DNA of 62,364 nt, counting the filler, from Pirum gemmata (lineage: Eukaryota): NCBI GenBank assembly GCA_002812295.1. It is 22 parts of 22 records of this genome, joined end to end, with 100 filler letters (N's around TTAATTAATTAA, not from the genome) between each part and the next. Parts side by side here need not be neighbours in the genome. Positions count along the whole stretch, not along the records: positions 32,885 to 35,400 come from PDIN01005986.1; positions 35,501 to 38,015 come from PDIN01005987.1; positions 38,116 to 40,608 come from PDIN01005988.1; positions 40,709 to 43,195 come from PDIN01005989.1; positions 43,296 to 45,748 come from PDIN01005990.1; 17 more parts are not named here. One strand, given 5' to 3'. This document shows, piece by piece, positions 34,641 to 45,327 of this stretch. The first letter of the stretch is position 1, and the number at the start of each line of letters is the position of its first letter. Both the position numbers and the translations under genes were made by a program. A model generated the notes under the pieces. It was not told the origin of the DNA. It saw nothing but the letters and a program-made list of their open reading frames with translations, and made no database searches.

Positions 34641-35574
34641 GACAATGTCTCTGCGTAATGCAAAACACGCTTTGTAAATTTTTTGCTTCCTCTTTTTCGA
34701 AATCCAAGATGCTTTTTTTTTTTCAATTTGTTATTTTTTCCAACACAAAATACATTGTACTATCCAAAAAAGTATACGTGTTCCCAAAAGACGAAAAAAG
34801 CTGAAATCCTTTCGACAGAGGGACAAACTCTTCTTCCTCATTGTTATCCCATACAGAACCTGTAAAGCTGTTTTCGTTTGTTATGTTAAACTTGAAATTT
34901 TCCAAGTATTGTTGAGTAAAATTAATTTTATTGTTTTTTTAATTCGCTCTTTAAAATTTTACAAAATTCAGAAAAAGTTGCTGCTTTTATACTTTTTCAG
35001 AATTTTATCACATGAATTCAAAAAATAATTTTTATGTCATAATAAAATTATTTTTTAAAAATTGAAATTTTGCAAAATTGCAGACATTTTTCTTGATACA
35101 AGGTCGATTTGAAAAAGACAAATATATAAGTTACATATATATATATATATACAAAAAAAGAATATTGTTATAAAAAAAATAAAAAAAAAACCAATAATTT
35201 TATTCGGTGCGCTTAAAATATCAGATACCATAGGGTATTTTCGTCATCCACTGGGGTAATTTCACATTATCTGGTAAAGCCCCAAAAGTTCCCCACATCC
35301 AAATATTTCAAATATTACATCATTTGTTCTTCTCATATTATTTTTCTTACATCATTTTCCCTTCTCATATTATTTTTCGTACATCATTTGTCCTTCTCAT
35401 NNNNNNNNNNNNNNNNNNNNNNNNNNNNNNNNNNNNNNNNNNNNTTAATTAATTAANNNNNNNNNNNNNNNNNNNNNNNNNNNNNNNNNNNNNNNNNNNN
35501 TATTATTAATATTACGTATACTATATTATATTATTATATATATATATTAATATATATTAATATTACTATTACTA

Positions 35575-35899
35575 CATTTCCCATTTTGTTATCGTTATCC
35601 AATTTATCCATAATTGATACCGTGTGCAGAATATTTTCTTCACGACAAACCGGGCATTTGTTGCTTTGAGAACTTAAAATATATTTGTTTAGACAATTAC
35701 CATGTAATGATTACATGAAAGTTTAAAATAATCATTTTCGATTATATTATGGTGCACATACTATTTTCATTTTCAGCGTAACCTTTTTGAACAATAGATA
35801 ATATAGCACAATCAACACAAACATCATCAATTAAAGAATTAAAGTTATTATAATTATATTACTATTAATACAATAACTAGTACTGTATGATAATGGCAT
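35575..35899 (-). pseudogene. Frameshifted RING-H2 finger gene remnant
   Basis: Minus-strand pieces in different frames: SLIDDVCVDCAILSIVQKGYAENENSMCTI / ENDYFKLSCNH / HGNCLNKYILSSQSNKCPVCREEN. Only 2 nt separate the two His codons (6 expected), and the second Cys is missing. Confidence 0.65.
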
Positions 35900-36197
35900 T
35901 ATATTATATATACGTTGTATGTATATTATATTAATTAATACATAGTTTAAATTAATATTTCTAAGATGCCAAACCTAGCTAGATGTTTGGTAAACAACTC
36001 GAGCCCTAACTATTAATAGTAGCTTTGATAGTTATCGTGTATTATTATAATTATTACTATATTGTTGTTGTTAAAAAGTTGTTGTTGTTAATTAATGTTT
36101 TTTAATTAAAACATTAATTGTTGTTTGTTGTTGTTGTTTGTTGTTGTTGTTTGTTGTTGTTGTTTGTTGTTGTTGTTGTTTGTTGTTGTTTAAATTT

Positions 36198-36299
<102 letters not shown>

Positions 36300-36382
36300 N
36301 NNNNNNNNNNNNNNNNNNNNNNNNNNNNNNNNNNNNNNNNNNNNNNNNNNNNNNNNNNNNNNNNNNNNNNNNNNNNNNNNNN

Positions 36383-36451
<69 letters not shown>

Positions 36452-36770
36452 CTATAGCAGTAGTAGTAGCTATAGTAGTAGTAGTAGTACCAGTAGTAGC
36501 AATTAATATATAGTAGTACTATTAATAGTAGTATAAGTAGTAGTAGTATTAATAGTAGTAGTTGATGTTATGTTATGGTTAAAAACTATATAACAGACAT
36601 GTTTTAATTAATTTTATAATTAATGTTTGTATTTCATAAACAAATTCAATTATACACTTAAACAGTACCTAACCCTAACCCTAACCCTAACCCTAACCCT
36701 AACCCTAACCAAAAAAGAGAGGAAATAGACGACATTTCATCAATATAATAATAATAATAATAATAATATA

Positions 36771-36940
36771 TATATAGACTCATTGTTCTTATTCTGTTAG
36801 TTCTAGACATAGTAGTTGTTAGTTTTAGCCCTCTAAACTAACAAAAGAGGTCTTCAGATATCTTTTGTTAGTTTAGAGGGCTAAAACTAACAACTACTAT
36901 GTCTAGAACTAACAGGATATAAGAACAATGAGTCTATATA
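36771..36940. repeat. 170-bp near-perfect inverted repeat (hairpin)
   Basis: Arm 36771-36848 is the reverse complement of 36861-36940 apart from a small indel/mismatch, with a 12-nt loop GGTCTTCAGATA. TATA runs lie at both ends. Confidence 0.95.
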
Positions 36941-37107
36941 ATAATATTATATAATTCATTAATATGACGTCACTTTTTAAACATACTCTTTTTATAGATT
37001 GCCTTTTTAATGGTTTAGATTGATATCTAATATGGTCAGTTGGTGAGTTGGGGGGGGGGTCTGCGTTGTTTCTATGATGACGTTATTATCGTCTATTTCA
37101 TTACAGC

Positions 37108-37277
37108 AGGAGGGATGACATGACGTCATAATACTAATACCAACCTAGGGCACGGCAAAAATTGAAAATTTCTATTGTAAGGATATAAATATCTATTTTA
37201 AGTAATAATTTTTTGCCATCTCAATTCCTTTTGTAACCTATCTCCAAATTTCTGCCAAAGGGGATGCCATCCCTCCT
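37108..37277 (+). mobile_element. MITE family D (internally deleted), 8-bp TSD ATTACAGC, nested in a family E end
   Basis: TIR AGGAGGGATGACAT ... ATGCCATCCCTCCT. TSD at 37100-37107 and 37278-37285. Confidence 0.88.
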
Positions 37278-38115
37278 ATTACAGCCGTCTTCTCAATCTT
37301 TAATTTGGCACCGTTTAAGTAAATAACTGGACTTGTTTATTAAATAGAACATTACATAAAAAATACCAAATTAATTAAAACATGTCCGATAGTTTAACCA
37401 TAATGATAATTTGGTATGTTTACTTCAGTTTTTGAACTTGGGCAACACTATTGAAAAACTCGATGTTCCTAAAAACTTCCAACTAAAAAAAAAAAAAACA
37501 ACAAAATCCTAATCTCTTATCTTTTACAATTGCACCCCTCAAAATTTTTATTATAGTTTTATTTATTAATAAAATAAATTAAGAGGGCCAAAGGTTACAA
37601 TAATACGCGCTCGTTTTCCTCAATTAAGATTTTTTTTAAGTCTATGAAACGATTGAAGTTGGGAGTTTTTGCTAAAAAAAAAAAAAAACGAAAAAATAAA
37701 AAATTATTAAATTGGATTTTTTTGTTAACTAATAGGTATCGTATAAAACTTTTTTTAATTATAAAAAGTTACCAAAAAAATATTTTTGTGTTACTGAAAC
37801 ATTAATTTGGTATACATTATAATTTTTTATGAATAAAAACTACCCAATTAATTTAATCAACATTTTTTACTAGAGCCTATCTGCTAGTAGTAGACTAGCT
37901 ATTATCGATACTACTAGCTTTGAGCTGCTAGCTAGCTAGCTAGACTACTGGGTAGACTGCTGGTAAACTACTAGCCTAGCTAGGGTTAGGGACCTTAGGG
38001 TTAGGGTTAGGGTTANNNNNNNNNNNNNNNNNNNNNNNNNNNNNNNNNNNNNNNNNNNNTTAATTAATTAANNNNNNNNNNNNNNNNNNNNNNNNNNNNN
38101 NNNNNNNNNNNNNNN

Positions 38116-38561
38116 ATATCACTGATGATGATGATTTAGCTCGGTATACAATCATCGCTACTAAAGTAAATATTAATATTGATAACAATAACAATAACAA
38201 TAACAATAACAATAACAATAACAATAACAATAACAAGAGCAATAACAAGAACAATAACAATAACAATAACATATCCTTGATGATGATGATTTAGCTCAGT
38301 ATACAATCATCGTTTTACTAAAGTAAATATTAATCATAATAATAATAACAGTAACAGTAACAGTAACAATATACAATATCAATATCAATAACATTAACAA
38401 CAATAATAATAATAACAATGACAATAACAAAATAATAACAAAAATAATAATAATAGTATCACTATTAAGTAAATATCAATATTAATAACAATAATAATAA
38501 CATATCGCTGATGATGATGATTTAGTTCAGTAATAATCATCGTTTTACTAAAGTAAATATC

Positions 38562-38595
<34 letters not shown>

Positions 38596-39680
38596 TACCC
38601 ATGATGATGATTTAGCTCAGTATACAATCATCGTTACTCAAATAAATATTAATATTAATAACAATAACAATAACAATAACAATAACAATAACAATAACAA
38701 TAACAATAACAATCACAATCACAATCACAATAACAATTACATTCTTTCACTAAAGTAAACATCAATATTAATAACATTTACATTAACAATAACAATAACA
38801 ATAACAATAACACTAACATATCACTGATTATGATGATTTAGCTCAGCATATAATCATCGTTTTACTAAAGTAAATATCAATATTAATAATAATAATAGTA
38901 ATAATAATAATAATAATAACATATCACCGATGATGATGATTTAGCTCAGTATACAATCATCGTTACTCAAATAAATGCCAATATTAATAACAATAACAAT
39001 AACAATAACAAAACAATCACAACCATAACCACAACCACAATAACAATAACAATAACAATAACAATAATAATAATAATAACAGGAACAATAACAATGACAA
39101 TGACATATCCCTGATGATGATGATTTAGCTCAGTATACAATTATCCTTTCACTAAAGTAAATATCAATATTAATAACATTAACAATAACAATAACAATAA
39201 TAGTAACAATAACATATCACTGATTATGATGATTTAGCTCAGCATATAATCGTCGTTTTACTAAAGTAAATATCAATATCAATATTAATAATAACAATAA
39301 CAATAACAATATCATACCACTGATGATGATGATTTAGCTCAGTATACAATCATCCTTACTAAAGTAAATAACAATAACAATAACAATAACAATAACAATA
39401 ACAATAACAATAACAATAACAATAACAATAATAATAACAATAACAATAACATATCCCTGATGATGATGATTTAGCTCAGTATACAATCATCGTTTTACTA
39501 AAGTAAATAATAATAATAATAATAATAACAGTAACAGTAACAGTAACAATATCAATATCAATATCAATATCAATATCAATATCAATATTAATAACAATAA
39601 CAATAACAATAACAATAACAATAACATATCACCGATGATGATGATTTAGCTCAGTATGCAATCATTGTTACTAAAGTAAA
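38116..39680. repeat. Array of 11 conserved ~55-bp cores separated by variable (AACAAT)n/(AAT)n spacers
   Basis: Core ATATCACTGATGATGATGATTTAGCTCAGTATACAATCATCGTTTTACTAAAGTAAA at ~38116, 38271, 38502, 38594, 38818, 38921, 39105, 39214, 39314, 39451 and 39626. Confidence 0.93.
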
Positions 39681-39720
39681 TATCAATATTAATAACAGTA
39701 ACAATAACAATAACAATAAC

Positions 39721-39754
<34 letters not shown>

Positions 39755-39976
39755 GTAATAATAATAATAATAATGTATGTGTAAGCGATTACGAATGTTT
39801 CTGCTTCCATTCCTATGCGTTTAGCCCTGGTTATTATTGTTTGATTGTTTTTGTTTTGCTGTTTTTCTTTGTTTTGTTTTTTAATTCTATTGTCACTTTG
39901 ATTTATATATATAATTCGAAAGGTCTCTTATTTAGTTCCTGATGTCGACCTAACAACTATAACACCAGGTATTTAT

Positions 39977-40608
39977 TTTGTTTTGTTTGTTTTGTTTTGG
40001 TTTGGTTTGTTTTGTTTTGTTTTGTTTTGTTTTGTTTTTGTTATGTTTTTTTGTTTTTGTTTTTGCTATGTTTTGTTTTTGTTTTGTTTTTGTTATATGT
40101 TTTGTTTTTGCTATGTTATGTTTTTGTTTTGTTTTTGTTTTGTTTTTGTTTTTGTTATGTTTTGTTTTTGTTTTTGTTATGATATGTTTTTGCTATGTTA
40201 TGTTATGTTATATTTTTGTTTTGTTTTGTTGTTTTTGTTTTGTTTTTTGCCGTTTTTGTTTTGTTTTGTTTTTTGTTTTGTTTTGTTTTGTTTTGTTCTG
40301 TTTTGTTTTGTTTTGTTTTGTTTTGTTTTTGTTTTGTTTTGTTTTTGTTTTATTTTGTTTTTGTTATGTTTTGTTTTTGCTATATTATGTTTTTGTTTTG
40401 TTTTTGTTTTGTTTTTGTTTTTGTTGTGTTTTGTTTTTGTTTTTGTTATGTTTTGTTTTTGTTATGTTATGTTATATTATATTTTTGTTGTGTTGTGTTG
40501 TGTTGTTGTTTTTTGTTTTGTTTTGTTTTTTGTTTTGTTTTGTTTTGTTTTGTTTTGTTTTGTTTTGCTTTGTTTTGTTTTGCTTTGTTTTGTTTTGTTT
40601 TGTTTTGT
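39977..40608. repeat. (TTTTG)n / (TTTTTG)n low-complexity tract
   Basis: Degenerate TG-only repeat following a donor-like CAG|GTATTT, probably intronic. Confidence 0.9.
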
Positions 40609-40708
40609 NNNNNNNNNNNNNNNNNNNNNNNNNNNNNNNNNNNNNNNNNNNNTTAATTAATTAANNNNNNNNNNNNNNNNNNNNNNNNNNNNNNNNNNNN
40701 NNNNNNNN

Positions 40709-40921
40709 ACCAAGCCGGATAAAAGTCCAAAATCCAAAATCTCAAAATGATCCAATTTAAATACAAGTACTACCAAACATTAAGAATCTTTTAATTAATA
40801 AACTTTTTATTATGAACCAATTGCTAGATTTTAAAAATAATATGGCTTGTTATAATTAAAAGTTTTTTAAAAAAAGAAGTCTAAAAAAAAATGATTTCTA
40901 CAGTTTTATCCGGCCTGGCTG
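40709..40921 (+). mobile_element. MITE family H
   Basis: Terminal inverted repeats ACCAAGCCGGATAAAA ... TTTTATCCGGCCTGG. Confidence 0.7.
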
Positions 40922-41066
40922 TTAAAAAAAAAAAAGGCAGATTTTTGGTCGCCCTAGCTAGCTCTAGCTAGAACTCGTGTCTATTCCTCGTGGACTGGAG
41001 GGGTGAATAATAAATCTATGGCGTCATTTCAGAATATTTTCATTACCCGTTATCGTGCTTTTCATT

Positions 41067-41300
41067 AGGAGGGATGAGATGACGTCATCTTACCAATTGG
41101 ATGCTCGGACCGGCGAACTTCCAGAAATTTGCCTAAAGTTACTATAAATAGTATAATAAACTCTTTTTAAAGTAANACTTAAATAGGTAGTTACTAAATA
41201 AATAATTACAAATACTAAATATGGTAAGGCGAAACAGGCGAACAACATTTACTTTGTGTCTCGGTCAAAAAAGTTCGCCATAAGAGTTCTCACCCCTCCT
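41067..41300 (+). mobile_element. MITE family C (~234 bp), 8-bp TSD TTTTCATT, nested in the TIR of a family A element
   Basis: TIR AGGAGGGATGAGAT ... TTCTCACCCCTCCT. TSD at 41059-41066 and 41301-41308. Removing the insert restores an intact family A TIR. Confidence 0.92.
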
Positions 41301-41498
41301 TTTTCATTTATTTTGTCACTCCGAATATTTATTTGGTTGGTTATAATATTTAAATTGATACTTTTAAATAAAATAAATATATAATAAAACATACCAAATT
41401 AAATGAAATGGATTTATATTGTATTAATTTGGTACTATTTATTGTATATTTATGATGAAAAAACAACTGAAAAGCACGATAATTATAGCTATAGTACT

Positions 41499-41732
41499 AG
41501 GAGGGATGACATCCCCTTTGGCAGAAATTTGGAGATAGGTTACAAAAGGAATTGAGATGGCAAAAAATTATTACTTAAAATAGTTATTTATATCTTTAAA
41601 ATAGTAGTTTATTATACTAAGGATTACTATTAATAGTTATAAGTTAACTTTTTATAGTAATTTAAGTCAAATTTTCAATTTTTGCCGTACCCTAGGTTGG
41701 TATTAGTATTATGACGTCATGTCATCCCTCCT
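41499..41732 (-). mobile_element. MITE family D (234 bp), ~9-bp TSD T(A/G)TAGTACT
   Basis: TIR AGGAGGGATGACAT ... ATGTCATCCCTCCT. The interior matches 37108-37277 in reverse. Confidence 0.88.
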
Positions 41733-41915
41733 TGTAGTACTACTAGACTACTACTAGCTAGTAGTAGTGGTAGTAGCTATAGCAGTAATAGTCTCAATAG
41801 TAGTAGTAGTAATGGTGGTAGTGGTTATGGTAGTGGTAGTATTGATACTAGTGGTATATCATACGTAGTAGACCCTAGCTAGGGGTCTAGTAATATTTTA
41901 ATATTAATTAATATC

Positions 41916-42107
41916 ATGTATTATATATATCGTGATGATTACTACGATGATGATTACTACGATGATGATTTCGGTTTGTTCCCGTTTGGTAGTAGAAGAA
42001 GAGGTGGTGGTGGTCGTCGTCGTCGTAGAAGTCGTCATCCATTAATGAATCCATTACATCCTTTAAACCCCTTTAATCCTTATTCTATAATAAAATTAAG
42101 GAAGTAA
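41916..42107 (+). CDS. Small 63-aa orphan protein (acidic Tyr/Asp block, Arg/Gly block, (H/N)P(L/F) repeats)
   Basis: Complete ATG-TAA ORF MYYIYRDDYYDDDYYDDDFGLFPFGSRRRGGGGRRRRRSRHPLMNPLHPLNPFNPYSIIKLRK. Repeated residues use varied synonymous codons. Confidence 0.55.
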   Translation: MYYIYRDDYYDDDYYDDDFGLFPFGSRRRGGGGRRRRRSRHPLMNPLHPLNPFNPYSIIKLRK

Positions 42108-42879
42108 TTTTATATAAGGTAGTAGTATAATATGTAGTACGGTATTATAATAATGCTATATATAGGTTACGATAGTAGTTTTGTCATGAATTTAAATATA
42201 CAATTATATAAATTCGGTTTACTTTCAGAGTTTTAAAATAATCTCGTTTAATTAATGTTTTTTTTAAAACATTAAAACCAACAGCAAATCAAATTATGCC
42301 ATTACCACCACCAACAGCTTGATCATAACGGTAAAATCTAATTGGTGTAGGTAAAAATCCTTCTCCAATTAGTGCCAGTTACTAATGAGTCTACATGTGT
42401 TTGTTAATTTGATAAAAAAAAGAAGTGCGAATATAATACAACAAGACTTATAACCCTAACCCTAACCCTAACCCTAACCCCAATCCCAACCCCAACCCTA
42501 ACCCCAATCCCAACCCCAACCCTAACCCTAACCCTAACCCTAACCCTAACCCTAACCCTAACCCTAACCCACACTAACCCTAACACTAAACCTAGCCCTA
42601 ACCCTACTAGCCCTAACCCTAACCCTAACCCTAACCCTACTTTTATAGGAAATTCTGATGCCTATACGAAACTATCCGAATTTAATTATTTTCGCCCCAT
42701 TTGGGCGGTAGAAATAAACACACCAAATTGTTATTATGATTAAACTATTAGACATGTTTTAATTAATTATATTTATACTTAATTTTTTATTTATAAACAA
42801 GTTCAACCAAATTAAAGATGGAGAGGACAACTGAAATAAAATAGACAACACAAAGAATATAATCCATAGTCTAAGTAAC

Positions 42880-43020
42880 CAATGGGGGCTTATAGTAGAA
42901 ATACAAAAACTTCAAAAAATATAATTTCCATAGTATTTTAGGTAACTTTTTGCACTTTAGTAATTTTATTTAATACCGGGAAATTATGTTTTGTGAAGTT
43001 TTTTATTTAGCCCCTATGGC
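42880..43020. mobile_element. Imperfect inverted-repeat element, probable MITE
   Basis: GGGGCT...AAAAACTTCAAAAAATATAATTTCC pairs with GGAAATTATGTTTTGTGAAGTTTTT...AGCCCC. Confidence 0.45.
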
Positions 43021-43296
43021 CGGCCCTATGGGTTTTGGTTGTATTTTTATTACAAACCCTCATTTGGTAATTTATATAATTCAAAATTTTTCTTAATTGA
43101 TAATTGACTTAGTTAATGCAAAATTAACATTAATTATTCTGCACCAATTCCTAACCCTTTAAATCCTAACCCTTACCCTAACCCTAACCCTAACCNNNNN
43201 NNNNNNNNNNNNNNNNNNNNNNNNNNNNNNNNNNNNNNNTTAATTAATTAANNNNNNNNNNNNNNNNNNNNNNNNNNNNNNNNNNNNNNNNNNNNA

Positions 43297-43327
<31 letters not shown>

Positions 43328-43415
43328 ACAAATATTAATAAATAAATAAATATTATAAATAAATAACATATAAACGAACAACGGAATCACTGAGCAACTA
43401 ATAAAATAAATTACA

Positions 43416-44165
43416 ATGCCAAATTTAAAAACAATTGCAGAAGATGCAGGTTCCTATGTTGGCACTTACGTCACTTATTGCATTGCAAGCGACAATTATT
43501 TTGATAGAGTACTTGAATTTTCGGTTGCACCAGCTATTGCAAATGTTATGCATAAGTTTGGAAAAGGTGAAACTGAGTTGGAAAAAAGAATTGAATTACC
43601 AGACCGATTCCCGCACCCTTTCAGAGAATATAATAATTTCGCGCCACGGCCTTACCAAATCAAAATATTTGACAATGAAAGATTGTTAAGAAAGCTGATT
43701 TATTCTTTCCTTTTTGTTTGGAAAAATAAGTTTATGAGGAATTTAATTTATGATATTATTAGTCATATATGTGGTCCTAATATTGTCAAAGATGTTGATA
43801 TAAATGAATATAAAGGTACACTGGTCAACGTTTTGAAGAATAAGGCTTACTGTAAAAAGCAAAGGTTGAATTTTCATGGTATGAACGTCATGTCAGACGA
43901 AGAAAATGTATTTACAGTGGAAGTGAGAAAAAGTCGTGAAGAAGTAGAAGAAGAGTGTGGTTGGTACCCAATCGAAGAATCAGATTGCTTTGATGAATAT
44001 TTTAAGCGTGTGGATAGAAAGGCTGAAATTGAAAGGGAGGAATGGAATAAAATAAAGGTTTCGGATGTTCAAAATGTTTTACTTGATATGTTAAAAATAC
44101 TTAGTTACTATACAGAGGATGATGATGATGGTATGCCTGAGAAAAAGAAAAGAAAAGCTGACTAG
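43416..44165 (+). CDS. Intronless 249-aa hypothetical protein with acidic tail and NLS-like C-terminus
   Basis: Complete ORF of normal complexity with an ACAATG start, ending EDDDDGMPEKKKRKAD*. No family recognised. Confidence 0.8.
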   Translation: MPNLKTIAEDAGSYVGTYVTYCIASDNYFDRVLEFSVAPAIANVMHKFGKGETELEKRIELPDRFPHPFREYNNFAPRPYQIKIFDNERLLRKLIYSFLFVWKNKFMRNLIYDIISHICGPNIVKDVDINEYKGTLVNVLKNKAYCKKQRLNFHGMNVMSDEENVFTVEVRKSREEVEEECGWYPIEESDCFDEYFKRVDRKAEIEREEWNKIKVSDVQNVLLDMLKILSYYTEDDDDGMPEKKKRKAD

Positions 44166-44734
44166 TAAATCCTAATCATACTTTTGTCATTATTGTGTGT
44201 ACAATAGTGTAGTGAGTATTATCGTAGAATGAGTTTTAACGCTAGTGCTAGAAATTAATTGTATTAATATTAATTCCGTGTTTGTTTCACTATTTTAATA
44301 AAAAAAATATTTTGACGTCTTGTCAAACACCAAGGTTTTTCGATAACAATATTAATGAAATAATGCTAAAAGTGAATGAACTCGAAGGAGAGCAATCGTT
44401 GGAAACCCCTAACCTTAAAACCCTAATTACATTTTACCTCAATATGATACTTTTGTCTTGAACAATAAAAAGAAAAATGAATAAACACTAATAAACTATT
44501 ATTATTATTATTTAATGCTATTGTTATTGTTATTGTTATTGTTATTGTTATTGTTATTGTTATTGTTATTGTTATTGTTATTGTTATTGTTATTGTTATT
44601 GTTATTGTTATTGTTACATCATAATATAATTATAGTAAAAAAAGTGTAAAAAATAATATGAACTAGCGGATTTCAGTTTTAGAAAAGCCTTTACTTCTAA
44701 CTAGCCAAATAACATAATCTAAATGACGTCATTA

Positions 44735-44893
44735 ATCCATATTTAGTATTTGTAATTATTTATTTAGTAACTATCTATTTAAGTAGTTACTTTTAAAAGA
44801 GTTTATTATACTATTTATAGTAACTTTAGGCAAATTTCTGGAAGTTCGCCGGTCCGAGCATCCAATTGGTAAGATGACGTCATCACATCTCCT
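44735..44893 (-). mobile_element. MITE family C, truncated inverted copy
   Basis: Reverse complement of the first ~160 bp of 41067-41300. Confidence 0.8.
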
Positions 44894-45090
44894 TCACTAA
44901 TTATTTTTTTTATTAATCATTCTATAAAAAAATAATTATAATAAGGGAGTGTGCAAATAATACGTCACGTCAAGGGGTAGGTAGGTAGGTGGTATTTGAC
45001 CGGAAATTGACGTCGAGGGGTAGGTAGGTAGGGGCATTTGAAGCTGTATTTGACCGGAAGTTGGCGTTACGATCACTAATTATTTTTTTT

Positions 45091-45327
45091 AGATACGGAA
45101 AAACATAATCGAATCAAAAAGCTCGATCCGAATTATTAAAAAGTGACAGTTTTGAAATGATATCCTTTTTTTTTTCGATTTTCAAGCTTTTCTATGAAAT
45201 TTCTAAAAATATTCAAGAAGTTTTTAATGAAATCAAAAATGAGTCAATCCTTAAAATTAGATCGAAAGTTAAAAATTTCGAACTAGACTCGATTTGGTGG
45301 TTTGGTTAGGGTTTTTCCCGCATCTCC
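45091..45327 (+). mobile_element. MITE family F (uninterrupted copy)
   Basis: Inverted ends AGATACGGAAAAAC ... GTTTTTCCCGCATCT(CC). Homologous to 10641-10920 and ~7670-7860. Confidence 0.7.

Noticed and set aside
34640..34905. Minus-strand coding-like stretch (ENFKFNITNENSFTGSVWDNNEEEEF...)
   Set aside because: No ATG or clear acceptor, frameshifts and stops, and no recognisable family.
38116..39680. True CRISPR array
   Set aside because: The spacers are low-complexity microsatellites of very uneven length, there are no cas genes and the context is eukaryotic. Kept only as an unusual repeat array.
39775..39968. Possible small exons (VCVSDYECFCFHSYAFSP / VPDVDLTTITP)
   Set aside because: Phase-compatible but very short, with no start or homology evidence.
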